Shown one piece after another: positions 48,027 through 57,654 of a DNA stretch of 64,000 nt (its first letter is position 1; each line of letters starts with the position of its first letter). The stretch is from a virus. The notes beneath the pieces are model-generated. The model was not told where the DNA came from, did not search any database, and saw only the letters and a list, made by a program, of their open reading frames with translations. The DNA lies in IMG/VR virus record IMGVR_UViG_3300042987_003796, positions 20,022 through 84,021 of that record. The stretch is one strand, 5' to 3'. The position numbers and the translations under genes are program-made.

Positions 48027-49274
48027 ATGCATCTTTTAGAAAAATATAGTTTAAATTGCGGAGTAAACCCAGCAAAGCTAGGCAAACCCTATATATATAC
48101 ATCTTATTATCCTCTTCCGAATAATAGATATATTGTAATTCACCCAAGTAGCGGAATGAACTCTAAAAATTATTCGTACTATCAAGACGTTATTGATTTT
48201 ATCTATGAAGAAGTAAAACAGGCAGGTTTTGACATTGTACAAATAGGAGAAGAAAAAGACGCGCCTTTGTCTAAATGTACAAACTTACAAGGCAAAACAA
48301 ATATACATCAAACATGTTTTATTTTAAAAAACGCGAGTTTCTTTATTGGTAACGACAGCTTTTCTACACATGTTAGTTCAGCCTTTGAAGTACCGCTTGT
48401 GAGTTTATATTCTGTTATACAACCAGAAGTAGCTGGACCATATTGGAACAATGGAAAACAATTTGCTATAATGGCTCCACTCGAAGGTAAAAAACCAAAG
48501 TATTCAGCAGAAGATCCAGATAGAATAATTGATAAAATTAAACCGGAAGAAATTTTAAAAAAAATATCCCTAGCAATTCCTAAAATCGATTTATCTTCCA
48601 AAGATAATCTAGAATCACTTTTTTTTGGTAAAAATTATCCAAAGCTATCAACCGAATTAGTTCCCGATACTTTAATAGAAATAAACAATGGTACAGAAAT
48701 CCCATTAAATATTAGATTTGATTATCTTGATTCTGACGTGTCTCTATTGAATATTAATTCAGCATTAATGAATCTATCAAAAAGAAAATGTGGGATAATC
48801 ACGTCCCGACCGTTTGATCTTACAGCCTTTAAAGACAGCAGAATAAAAGAAAATATTATTTCTTTTATTTTCCATATAGAAAAAAAATTCCTAAATAAAA
48901 CAAATGAAACAATTGAATTTATTAATCACGCAAAAAAACTCGGCTTTAATATTAGGATAGCTTTAATAAAAGATAATTTTTCAGAAGAAGAAATATCTGA
49001 ACTAAAATTCAAGTTTTTAAACATTCAAGGAATCGCTTTTTTAAACCAGACAAACTGGGAAACATACATAAAAGAAGAAGCAAGAAAAAAAATTAACCAT
49101 TTGACAATATTTAAAAGTTCTCGTATTATTTATTCTAACAATAAAATATTTCTATCAAGAACCTCTTTAATGGAAAATAAACCAGCAAATAGTTTAACAC
49201 AGACTTTTTCTGAAATAAAAGATTTAGACTCCCTTGGGAAAGAGCTTGAAAGCTGTTATATTTATAATATTTAA
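48027..49274 (+). CDS. GT9 (heptosyltransferase-like) glycosyltransferase C-domain plus extension
   Basis: YIVIHPSSG, VQIG, LQGKTNI, FIGNDSFSTHVSSAFEVPLVSLY. Confidence 0.7.
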   Translation: MHLLEKYSLNCGVNPAKLGKPYIYTSYYPLPNNRYIVIHPSSGMNSKNYSYYQDVIDFIYEEVKQAGFDIVQIGEEKDAPLSKCTNLQGKTNIHQTCFILKNASFFIGNDSFSTHVSSAFEVPLVSLYSVIQPEVAGPYWNNGKQFAIMAPLEGKKPKYSAEDPDRIIDKIKPEEILKKISLAIPKIDLSSKDNLESLFFGKNYPKLSTELVPDTLIEINNGTEIPLNIRFDYLDSDVSLLNINSALMNLSKRKCGIITSRPFDLTAFKDSRIKENIISFIFHIEKKFLNKTNETIEFINHAKKLGFNIRIALIKDNFSEEEISELKFKFLNIQGIAFLNQTNWETYIKEEARKKINHLTIFKSSRIIYSNNKIFLSRTSLMENKPANSLTQTFSEIKDLDSLGKELESCYIYNI

Positions 49275-49291
49275 TATTAATAATAAAAAAC

Positions 49292-50089
49292 ATGTCAAAA
49301 AATAAAAAAACAGAAGACGCGCAAGAAAGCGAAAACAAAAGCCAGGGTGTCGCTAATTCAAGACTTAAAAGAAACGACGATGGCTTACTTGAAAATAAGT
49401 CTTATGTTTTTACAGATGATGGACTTGTAAATTGGCGGAAAATGATTGATTCAAAATATTTAGTCCCAAATCTTTCAAAGTTTCCATCTGGAACAGAAAA
49501 CAAAAATTTAAATATTGATGAACTAGAAGACTCGCAATTATTAATCCTTTTGGGGGGCATTAAAGATTTAGCAAATTTAAGAGGCTATTCTAAAGTGCAA
49601 TATAATGTATTTAATTGCACGCAAAGCCATGTTGCAGTTTCATGCAAAATCACATGGATTCCAAATTTTGAAACAAACAATAGAGAGGTAGAATTTGAAT
49701 CTCTTGCCGATGCACATCTTGATAACACAAAAAACTTCGCTAAAGACTTTTTAATGGCTATTGCAGAAAACAGAGCATTTGTTAGATCTGTCAGAAATTT
49801 TTTAAGAATCAATATTCTTGGAACAGACGAACTTGGAGAGTCAAAAAACCAAACTATTTTGCATACCGAATCTGGAGTAGAAACGCAGGTATCTGCGAGC
49901 CACCCCGCTAATGTTCTAAAAGACGCCATGTCAAAAGCAAATATTTCCTTTGAACAAGTAAAGGAAACCCTTGTAAAAGAAGGAATTTCAGAAGCTGAAA
50001 GCTGGACATCAATAAATGAAATTCCACATAAAATAATCTTCTCTCTTATTCAGAGAATCAAGAAAAAAATTTCAAATAAAGAACAATGA
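49292..50089 (+). CDS. Hypothetical protein, possibly a Rad52/Sak-like annealing protein
   Basis: AIAENRAFVRSVRNFL resembles the A-E-x-R-A-x-x-R-A helix of Rad52-like proteins; weak. Confidence 0.4.
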   Translation: MSKNKKTEDAQESENKSQGVANSRLKRNDDGLLENKSYVFTDDGLVNWRKMIDSKYLVPNLSKFPSGTENKNLNIDELEDSQLLILLGGIKDLANLRGYSKVQYNVFNCTQSHVAVSCKITWIPNFETNNREVEFESLADAHLDNTKNFAKDFLMAIAENRAFVRSVRNFLRINILGTDELGESKNQTILHTESGVETQVSASHPANVLKDAMSKANISFEQVKETLVKEGISEAESWTSINEIPHKIIFSLIQRIKKKISNKEQ

Positions 50090-50673
50090 GCTTAATAGCA
50101 TATTGTTACGGTCCATCTTCAACTAAAAAAAATTTATTTTGCAGTCACTTTGCAAAAAGCAATTCTGAATATAAACTTATCGAATTACATAAAGTAAGAA
50201 AAAAAACAATTGGATCCTATTTACCAATTGATAAAAAATCAGAAGAAGAAGTTAAAAAAGAATTTGAAAAAAATCTTTTAATTTTTTTAAATAAAAAAAA
50301 CAAAATTTTAATAAATGGTTTATTCCTGAACAAGGAAGCTAGAATATTATTTAATAATTCAATTAAAAATTTAACAAAAGAAAAATTTAAAATCGTAAGC
50401 ATAGCTTTTCCAGCTAAAAATTTAGCTGAAACTTTTGAAGAAAATAAAAAAACGCGCCTATATAAAGATATGACGTTTGACCAGCTTAGATTACAGTCTT
50501 CGCTTTTTTCGCTTGCCTCCGACGAGCAAGAAGCAAATCTTTTAATAAATGAAATAGACGGCGACTTTTCTGATTTAGAAATAAATACAAAATTATGGAA
50601 TGAAAATAGAATTATACATTGCAATAGCCTAAAAAAAGTTGCAGAATATATACTATATGGCAGTAGCTTTTAA
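50086..50673 (+). CDS. Degenerate P-loop kinase-like protein
   Basis: YCYGPSSTKK in place of GxxGxGKS; overall AAA_33/PNK-like layout. Confidence 0.4.
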   Translation: MSLIAYCYGPSSTKKNLFCSHFAKSNSEYKLIELHKVRKKTIGSYLPIDKKSEEEVKKEFEKNLLIFLNKKNKILINGLFLNKEARILFNNSIKNLTKEKFKIVSIAFPAKNLAETFEENKKTRLYKDMTFDQLRLQSSLFSLASDEQEANLLINEIDGDFSDLEINTKLWNENRIIHCNSLKKVAEYILYGSSF

Positions 50674-50702
50674 TTAACCTTTAAACATAAAATAAATAAA
50701 AA

Positions 50703-50942
50703 ATGAACCTAGCAGTATGGCACTCAAATAAGTCCCTCATTATGCAGGAGATGAGGGAGCAATTAAAAAAGAAATCAAAGCCCGGAGAGGCAACCCTCTC
50801 AAGGAAAGAGGCGAATAGAACATGGAGAGAAGAAATTCTTGGCATTCTATCGGAAGACCAAAAAAGAGAAGTAAAAGCAAAGCGGCAAGAAAAATCCAAA
50901 AAGGATAGATTTAGAGATCTTAACAGTACGGAAGATGAATAA
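50703..50942 (+). CDS. Small basic hypothetical protein
   Basis: 79-aa ORF overlapping the start of thyX. Confidence 0.45.
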   Translation: MNLAVWHSNKSLIMQEMREQLKKKSKPGEATLSRKEANRTWREEILGILSEDQKREVKAKRQEKSKKDRFRDLNSTEDE

Positions 50943-51564
50943 TAATTCCGTTGAATTAATAGGCTATTATGGATCCGATGAAGTAATAGCCTGTTCTGCC
51001 TGGACCAGCACTTCGAGAAATATAACAAGCGAAAAAAGAGACAGGATACCAAAGCTTATTAATGATCTATGGAGCAATGGTCATGAGACCCCCTTTGAAA
51101 AGGGCATAGTTCATTTTTTAGTTAATTGCGACATAGCTTCTCATGTTCATTTATTGAAGCATAGAATTTCTAGTATCAATGCAGAGTCTGCGAGATACAA
51201 AGAATTAAAAGAAGATAAATTTCATATTCCTGACGACTGGACAAATGATTGGAAGGAAAGACTGCAGTGGTATACAGAACTTGGCAATGTGTATTATCAT
51301 GACTGTTTAAAAAAATTAGAACCCCTTTTGGGAAGGAAGAGAGCAAAAGAATCGGCTAGATTTTTTAAAACATATAATAGCCAGATTGAATGTGACATTA
51401 TGTTTAATATGAGGTCTTTCGCAAATTTTCAAAAACTAAGAAATAGCCAGCATGCCCAAAAAGAAATTAGAGAGATCGCAGAGCAAATGCTTTTTTTAGT
51501 AGAAAACATTCAATACAGCCCATTTAAATATACACTAAACGCTATTTCTTCTTATAATAAATGA
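50935..51564 (+). CDS. thyX: Flavin-dependent thymidylate synthase
   Basis: GHETPFE, LLKHR..S.NAESARY, ESARFF, LRNSQHAQKEIR. Confidence 0.9.
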   Translation: MNNNSVELIGYYGSDEVIACSAWTSTSRNITSEKRDRIPKLINDLWSNGHETPFEKGIVHFLVNCDIASHVHLLKHRISSINAESARYKELKEDKFHIPDDWTNDWKERLQWYTELGNVYYHDCLKKLEPLLGRKRAKESARFFKTYNSQIECDIMFNMRSFANFQKLRNSQHAQKEIREIAEQMLFLVENIQYSPFKYTLNAISSYNK

Positions 51565-52055
51565 ATAAGTCTATGCATAAAAACCCGAACATGTCTAATA
51601 TAGATGAAAAGAAGATAGAAAAAGAGTGGCTTCAGATTAAAAAAGATGGTTACACGAGCGGTGCAGATATTTATATCAAAGAGACAGAATATAAAGGATT
51701 AGGAGTATTTGCAAATAGAGAAATAAAAGCTGGCGAAATCATTGAATATTGTCACGCTATTGTTTTAGACTGGAGACAAAAATATATACACGACGCCTCA
51801 ATTAAGAAGTATGCATATTGGCACACCTGCAGTTGCTTAGACTGCAAAATGCACGGGGGCACAGGATTGATATTGCTTGGGTGCGGTTCAATATACAATT
51901 GTTCGGATTTGGAAGATTTAAAAAACGCAGATTTTTATCTATTTCCTGGTCTGAATTTAGGACTTTTCAAAGCAAATAAAAACATAAAAAAAGATCAAGA
52001 AATCTTAACTTGGTGGGGACAAGGATATTATGACTTTTGGTGCAAAAAGAAATGA
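51561..52055 (+). CDS. SET-domain protein
   Basis: KGLGVFANREIKAGEIIE, GSIYNCS, ANKNIKKDQEILT. Confidence 0.75.
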   Translation: MNKSMHKNPNMSNIDEKKIEKEWLQIKKDGYTSGADIYIKETEYKGLGVFANREIKAGEIIEYCHAIVLDWRQKYIHDASIKKYAYWHTCSCLDCKMHGGTGLILLGCGSIYNCSDLEDLKNADFYLFPGLNLGLFKANKNIKKDQEILTWWGQGYYDFWCKKK

Positions 52056-52240
52056 ACGAATCAACTGATAATTATAGCTACTTAACCGAAATAAGTGAAA
52101 TTATAGACTCAATTTCTTTAATGAAGGACAAAACCCTTGATCATTTTTATGAAAATGAGCTTTTAGCTACTAAACTCATGTTAGATTTAAATGAATTAGA
52201 AGAAGAGGCTCAGCTCTTAATAAAAGAGTTTGACTTTTAA
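52052..52240 (+). CDS. Small acidic hypothetical protein
   Basis: ATG overlaps the stop codon of the SET gene. Confidence 0.45.
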   Translation: MNESTDNYSYLTEISEIIDSISLMKDKTLDHFYENELLATKLMLDLNELEEEAQLLIKEFDF

Positions 52241-52259
52241 AAACAAAAGTGTATATAAT
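52230..52259 (+). promoter_or_regulatory. Promoter for the RNA locus (sigma70-like, overlapping GTGTA)
   Basis: TTGACT (52230) - 18 bp - TATAAT (52254); GTGTA at 52249. Confidence 0.55.
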
Positions 52260-52266
52260 CTAATAT

Positions 52267-52485
52267 AGATTAGTCCCGATTAGGCAGGGATAATAAAAGT
52301 TATTCGTCCAGCGGGTTAAAAACCCGGTAGCCAATGAATGCTTTTACTAATCTGGCGAGACCGTGAAGTAGCCGACAGTCTTTTTAGACGCGGTTTAGCC
52401 AGAGGCGTCGCGGGTAAACGCCTCATTTACATTTTATGTTCTGCCAAAGGCAGAAATGCTATAGAGGCTTAACCATTGAGCCAGC
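52267..52485 (+). ncRNA. Candidate structured non-coding RNA of unknown family
   Basis: GC-elevated region with no annotated ORF and multiple stems: AGATTAGT/ACTAATCT, CGGGTT/AACCCG, TGGC..ACCG/CGGT..GCCA, GAGGCGT/ACGCCTC, TTCTGCC/GGCAGAA, GGCTTAA/TTGAGCC. Confidence 0.55.
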
Positions 52486-52518
52486 GATGCAAATCAGTGG
52501 TAACGATCTTTGAAATTT

Positions 52519-52974
52519 GGGGGCGTACTGGTTTCGATTTGTTGCTGAAACTAAAAGCGCATGTAGAGGTTAATCGACGGCCTCTTTAAAATCGATTAAA
52601 AAACTAAATGCAGACGATGATATGTCTGATCTTTTAGCCGAAGCTGAATACATCCTCAACAATGCCGATGAGTTTCTCGGTAGCGTTGAAGAGGAGTCCT
52701 ACGCTCTCGCCGCTTAAAAGCCTAACGGTAATCCTCTAAATCCGTTTTGAATTGCAGAGGTTCTTGCATGAGATGACTAGTGTGGTAAAATTCAGTCATA
52801 GGTGATATGCGGTCTTTATTCACGCATATAGGCAGACATAAAACTCGGTTAGTATAACCAAACAGCCTTTTGTCTTCGTTATCGTAACGATAGCTGAAAT
52901 GTTAAAATACTCAAACATGTAACGACCTTTTAGCGTAAAAAATAAAGACAGGGGTTCGACTCCCCTCGCCTCCA
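52519..52974 (+). ncRNA. ssrA: tmRNA
   Basis: 5' GGGGGCG..TGGTTTCGA pairs with 3' CGCCTCC-A giving the G3:U alanine identity; T-arm AGGGGTTCGACTCCCCT; PK1 (AGAGG/CCTCT, TAATCGA/TCGATTA); tag ORF 52610-52717 ending YALAA*; CCA not encoded. Confidence 0.93.
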
Positions 52975-53016
52975 CTTTATATATAAATAATTTAATTATT
53001 AGAGATAATATAAATT

Positions 53017-53814
53017 ATGAAAAAAATACATTTTGTTTCTGGCTTGCCTAGAACATGCTCTACTTTACTTTGTAATATATTGTCACAAAATCCAAACTTT
53101 CATGCTACCTCAACAAGTGGATTGTCTGAACTTGCATCTAGCCCCAGACGCATTATAGCAACAACACAAGAATTTAAATCAATGAATCCAAAAGATTCAG
53201 AAAAAATCCTTATTGACTGGGTTAGGGCTGGAATTTTAAATGCTTATAATTCTATAACAGATAGACCAACTGTTTTTGATAAAAGTCGCGGCTGGCTAGG
53301 GCATCTTGATCTACTTTTTCAAGCAATTCCTTCAGCTAAAGTAATTATTCCGGTAAGAGATTTAAGGGGGATACTTTCTTCTTTTGAAAAAAGAAGAAAA
53401 AAATACCCAGCATTTGCCTGGGACGAAGAAGAAAATATTATAAACTTTTCTACAATTGAAAAAAGAGTAAATAATTGGCTAAATTCTACAAGGTTAGGCT
53501 TACATCTTGAAAGATTACAAGAAGCATGCAAAGCGCATAAAGAAAAATTATTTTTTGTACACGCAGAGAGATTAACACTAGACCCTCTATCAGAAATAAA
53601 AAAGATATACGAGTTTATTGAAGAAGATTATTTTGAGCATGATTTTAAAAATGTAAAACAATACACGAAAGAGCATGATGCTCAATGGTGGCCTATAGGC
53701 GACCACACGATTAGACCAGAAGTAAAACCATTAAAACAAGAATGGAATGAGATTCTTGGGTTTGAATTAAGCAATTCTATTCATCAAAAACTAGGCTGGG
53801 TGAATCACCTTTAA
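53017..53814 (+). CDS. Sulfotransferase family protein
   Basis: FVSGLPRTCSTLL (PAPS-binding loop), FDKSR.W, VRDLR.ILSS. Confidence 0.75.
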   Translation: MKKIHFVSGLPRTCSTLLCNILSQNPNFHATSTSGLSELASSPRRIIATTQEFKSMNPKDSEKILIDWVRAGILNAYNSITDRPTVFDKSRGWLGHLDLLFQAIPSAKVIIPVRDLRGILSSFEKRRKKYPAFAWDEEENIINFSTIEKRVNNWLNSTRLGLHLERLQEACKAHKEKLFFVHAERLTLDPLSEIKKIYEFIEEDYFEHDFKNVKQYTKEHDAQWWPIGDHTIRPEVKPLKQEWNEILGFELSNSIHQKLGWVNHL

Positions 53815-53827
53815 TAAAAAAAAGCGA

Positions 53828-54358
53828 ATGGTATTAGATAATCTTATATTTATTCATCCGCCAAGATGCAGCGGAACATCTATAGAGACCAATTTTAATT
53901 GGCACAATGAAAATGAAAAACACCTAAAAGCAAGCGCAATAAGGACCAAGGTAGGGGAAGACAAATGGGCAAATAGCTTGAAATTTTCAATTGTTAGAAA
54001 CCCATTTGATAGAGTTATCTCTATGTACCACGCTCCGTACTATAGACGTATTAAAAAAGGGTTTTTATTTGAAAGTCTAGAAAACTTTATTGCAGATATT
54101 CCAATTCCGCCAAACGAATATGGAATAGAGTGCTGCGACTATATTGATGAAAAAATAGATTTTATAATTAGATTTGAAAGCAGAGAAAAAGACATGTTAA
54201 AATTAAAAAATAGTTTCAATATTAATATTGACCCAACAATTTGGGTTAGAAGGCTAAATAGGGAAAAAGATTATAAAAAATATCATAGCTTTGAGTCTAT
54301 AAAACTAGTGGAAGAAAAATTCTCAAAAGATATATTAAAATTTAATTATAAATATTAA
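53828..54358 (+). CDS. Sulfotransferase family 2 protein
   Basis: FIHPPRCSGTSI, FSIVRNPFDRVISMY, IIRFE. Confidence 0.75.
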   Translation: MVLDNLIFIHPPRCSGTSIETNFNWHNENEKHLKASAIRTKVGEDKWANSLKFSIVRNPFDRVISMYHAPYYRRIKKGFLFESLENFIADIPIPPNEYGIECCDYIDEKIDFIIRFESREKDMLKLKNSFNINIDPTIWVRRLNREKDYKKYHSFESIKLVEEKFSKDILKFNYKY

Positions 54359-54368
54359 TCAATATATA

Positions 54369-54397
54369 TTGACAGATTTTAAAACTAGGATTATAGT
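54369..54397 (+). promoter_or_regulatory. Sigma70-type promoter
   Basis: TTGACA - 17 bp - TATAGT before ATG 54409. Confidence 0.6.
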
Positions 54398-54408
54398 TCT
54401 CAACTAAA

Positions 54409-55047
54409 ATGAAAAATAAAAAAACAGATTGCAAAAAAGTTTCAATTGAATTTGACGAAAGACACCTTTCAACTCTTATAACTGCTTTAGAGATCTATAG
54501 CCGCCTTCGTTCCGGTCAAATTAAATTCGCAATGGACGCGGCATTTTGGGATAAAGATTTAACATATAACGACACAGAGGTTATAGAGAGCTTTATAAGA
54601 ACCCTTGTTTTCCGTAAAGATAAAACAATAACACAAAATCGCAATTCATATTACGGCATTGGTTGTCTCCAAATGAAGGATGGGACCGTTGCTTGGGAAA
54701 TCAAAAAGACGATAGAACAATATCTACATTATCAAAGAAATAATGGAATGAGGCGCATATGTGACGTCTCTGGCGATGGACCATTGCAAATATCAGGAAT
54801 ACCTGCTCCAAAAATATTTGATCCGATTCAAGGATACTGGAAGCCTCAAAAAAAATTTAAAATTCCTCAAAGCAAACAGGAGTCTATACGGAAAGCAATA
54901 GAAGCCAAAAACCATGAATTGGCTTGGCGCATAGCACAAGCCTCCTTTAAGAAGAATCCCTTACCTAGCGGGTCAAGAAGTAAAATTCAAGAGGTATCTG
55001 GAACATACTATGTACTTGTAGAGGAGCCCTACGCTTTACATGATTGA
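54409..55047 (+). CDS. Hypothetical protein
   Basis: 212-aa ORF after a promoter. Confidence 0.55.
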   Translation: MKNKKTDCKKVSIEFDERHLSTLITALEIYSRLRSGQIKFAMDAAFWDKDLTYNDTEVIESFIRTLVFRKDKTITQNRNSYYGIGCLQMKDGTVAWEIKKTIEQYLHYQRNNGMRRICDVSGDGPLQISGIPAPKIFDPIQGYWKPQKKFKIPQSKQESIRKAIEAKNHELAWRIAQASFKKNPLPSGSRSKIQEVSGTYYVLVEEPYALHD

Positions 55048-55318
55048 AGAAATTACAAAATTAACTGATGAATGGTATCATCTAATAGGCAAAAGCCATC
55101 ACAAAGATCGAGACTGTCATTGGTATATAGAAACCAAATGGAGCTATGGTTACGCTCCTATTTACATGGTTTACCACCACGGTTATCTTTTAAAAGATAT
55201 AGAAATAGAATGTTCATCTTACGATGAGGCGTTAAAAATATTAAAAGACGTTTTGACTGAAAAAATAGAAGAAGAAAAGAAATTCATAGAAGAAAGAAAC
55301 GATGAAGATGAGTGGTGA
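55040..55318 (+). CDS. Hypothetical protein
   Basis: Coupled ORF with an HHKDRDCHW motif. Confidence 0.5.
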   Translation: MIEEITKLTDEWYHLIGKSHHKDRDCHWYIETKWSYGYAPIYMVYHHGYLLKDIEIECSSYDEALKILKDVLTEKIEEEKKFIEERNDEDEW

Positions 55319-56018
55319 AATTAAAATTTTAGACAAAGAAAAGCCTATTTTATTTCTAGGGGATCATCATGGATCTTGGACTCAATTGTTTAGCATTATA
55401 GAATACAAGAAAATAAGTGATTGTTATCTTATTAGCGTGGGCGATTCAGGAATAGGATTTATCGATAAAACAAATCAAATAAAAACAATAAACTATTTGA
55501 ATGATGAATTTAAAAATAAAAATATTATATTCATGTCTATTCGGGGTAACCACGATGACCCCTACTATTATAATGCAGAGAATAAAATAAGTTTGAGCAA
55601 TTTTGAGTTAATCGAAGATTACTCGGTTTGCCAATACAATTCTAAACTTATTCAATTTATTGGTGGGGCTACATCTATTGACCGCACAGGAAGAAAAGAA
55701 GGAATATCTTATTGGAAAGATGAAAAATTAATATTTCATAAAAATAAATGTCAAAAAGTTGATATTCTTGTAACTCATACTGCGCCCTCTTGGTGCTTTC
55801 CACAAGCATTTAATGATATGGTGTATGGCTGGGCTAGAGAAGACGCTTATCTTCTAGAGGACCTAACTGATGAAAGAGCCGTAATGGATGAGATATTTAA
55901 AATATGCAAACCTAGACTTCATTTGTATGGACATTTTCACTCCAGTTGGACCGAAAAACAAGTTGATTGCACGCATAGACTTCTGGATATAAATGAAATA
56001 TATCAATATATAGAATGA
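55302..56018 (+). CDS. Calcineurin-like metallophosphoesterase
   Basis: GDHHG, VGD, RGNHD, THTAP, GHFH. Confidence 0.85.
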   Translation: MKMSGEIKILDKEKPILFLGDHHGSWTQLFSIIEYKKISDCYLISVGDSGIGFIDKTNQIKTINYLNDEFKNKNIIFMSIRGNHDDPYYYNAENKISLSNFELIEDYSVCQYNSKLIQFIGGATSIDRTGRKEGISYWKDEKLIFHKNKCQKVDILVTHTAPSWCFPQAFNDMVYGWAREDAYLLEDLTDERAVMDEIFKICKPRLHLYGHFHSSWTEKQVDCTHRLLDINEIYQYIE

Positions 56019-56572
56019 TTAACAAAATTAAAATCACTAACTTAGCAGAAGCTGAAAGCTATAGTTTTAATAAAAATAATACGGAGTATGATATTTGGGT
56101 TTCTGCCGTTGGACAAGAAGACAGAAAACAAATTAACAGAATGCGTAAAAATTTTGACGAAAAGAAAGTAAAACACTTTCATCAGTTTTTCGCAGATTGG
56201 TCGGACGAAGATGGTATTCAATGGGGGCATCTAAAGGCAGATGCCCCTCAAAGCAGGCACATTCAAAATATTATTACATTCCTAAAGCCATTTACCGAAA
56301 ATGATAAACCTCATAACCTAGGAGTTAATTGTTTCGCCGGCATGTCCAGATCAACCGCGATTGGAATAATTGCTCTGTTTATGTCTGGAAGAACAATAGA
56401 AAATTCACTTTCTGAAATCTTAAAAGCAAGACCAGTAGCATGGCCAAACCTTAGAATCCTAAGACTGGCTTCTGATATATTAAAAGAAGACCTCGAAACG
56501 CATGTCCGCAATTGGAAAAATAAAACTTTGGGAATTGGAAAAATTTGGACTCCAGAGGATGAAATCGAATGA
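56015..56572 (+). CDS. Cys-based (protein-tyrosine/dual-specificity-like) phosphatase
   Basis: CX5R motif NCFAGMSRS; RP.AWPN. Confidence 0.8.
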   Translation: MINKIKITNLAEAESYSFNKNNTEYDIWVSAVGQEDRKQINRMRKNFDEKKVKHFHQFFADWSDEDGIQWGHLKADAPQSRHIQNIITFLKPFTENDKPHNLGVNCFAGMSRSTAIGIIALFMSGRTIENSLSEILKARPVAWPNLRILRLASDILKEDLETHVRNWKNKTLGIGKIWTPEDEIE

Positions 56573-57654
56573 AAATTGCGATACCTTTTAAAGAAAATAA
56601 TTTCAATATTTCAGCAGGTAAATTTTGCGGATTAGATTGTCACTTAATAACTCCACAGATAAATGCTAAATGGAGTAAGGATAATTTATTTTTTAGATCT
56701 TTAATTACTGATAAAGAAGGTAATGTTTTGTCGTGCGGATTTCCTAAATTTTTTAATCATGGAGAGAAAGAGGATTGTTACCCAAATCCAGAAAAATTTA
56801 ATGATTGGAAATGTGAAGACAAGATAGACGGCTCTTTGCTTATAGCGGATTACGTAAATGAGCAGTTCTCAATGAGAACCAGAGGCACGGTTTCTTATAT
56901 AACTCAGGAAAACTCAAAAGATTTTGAACTTTTACCAGAAAAATACCCAAAGATTGTTGAATTTTTAAAAGAGAACCAGCACCTCAGTCTTTTATTTGAA
57001 ATTGTAACTCCCAATAACGTTATAGTTGTGAGATCGAATCAAATTGAGTTTTATCTTATTGGAGCTATAAACAAAAATGAAATGCGTGTTGTTTCTTCTA
57101 AAGATTTAACCGATATATGGAGAAAAATAGGACCGATTTCAATACCACAATCTTATAAATTTTTAGATACAAATAGTATTTCTAAAATAGCAGAAACTAT
57201 AAAATGCTGGAAAGGTAAAGAGGGAATAGTAGTTTCATATAATAATGGTCAAAATAGAATAAAATTAAAATCAGACTGGTATTTATTTTGTCATAGGGTA
57301 AAGTCGCAACTGAGTTCAAAAAACAACCTTATTGAATTTTATATAGAGAAAGAAATGCCTCAAAATGAAGAGTTTTATAAAATAATTGAAACTGAATTTG
57401 ATTATGAGATAGCCGCTCAATTAAAAAAGGATATTGAAAATATTTGCAAAGCAGGAGAAAAAGCAAAAGCTCACATTAAAAAAATGTCCGAAATGATATT
57501 TGATATTCGAAAAGTTGAAAGCAGAAAATCACAAGCTGAAATGATAAAGAGAAATTATCTAGAAGACTCCGGATTCGCATTTTCTTTGTTGGATAATAAA
57601 GAGATAAATAAACTTCAATGGTTTAAATTAATAGAAAAAAAATATGAAAGCTAA
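56569..57654 (+). CDS. RNA ligase, T4 Rnl1-like
   Basis: FPKFFN.GE, EDKIDGSL, FEIV.P.N.IVV, EGIVV, KLKS.WY. Confidence 0.82.
   Translation: MKIAIPFKENNFNISAGKFCGLDCHLITPQINAKWSKDNLFFRSLITDKEGNVLSCGFPKFFNHGEKEDCYPNPEKFNDWKCEDKIDGSLLIADYVNEQFSMRTRGTVSYITQENSKDFELLPEKYPKIVEFLKENQHLSLLFEIVTPNNVIVVRSNQIEFYLIGAINKNEMRVVSSKDLTDIWRKIGPISIPQSYKFLDTNSISKIAETIKCWKGKEGIVVSYNNGQNRIKLKSDWYLFCHRVKSQLSSKNNLIEFYIEKEMPQNEEFYKIIETEFDYEIAAQLKKDIENICKAGEKAKAHIKKMSEMIFDIRKVESRKSQAEMIKRNYLEDSGFAFSLLDNKEINKLQWFKLIEKKYES

Noticed and set aside
52947-52974. T-arm GGTTCGACTCC as a separate tRNA gene
   Set aside because: It pairs with the 5' end at 52519 and is the tmRNA 3' domain; no anticodon arm
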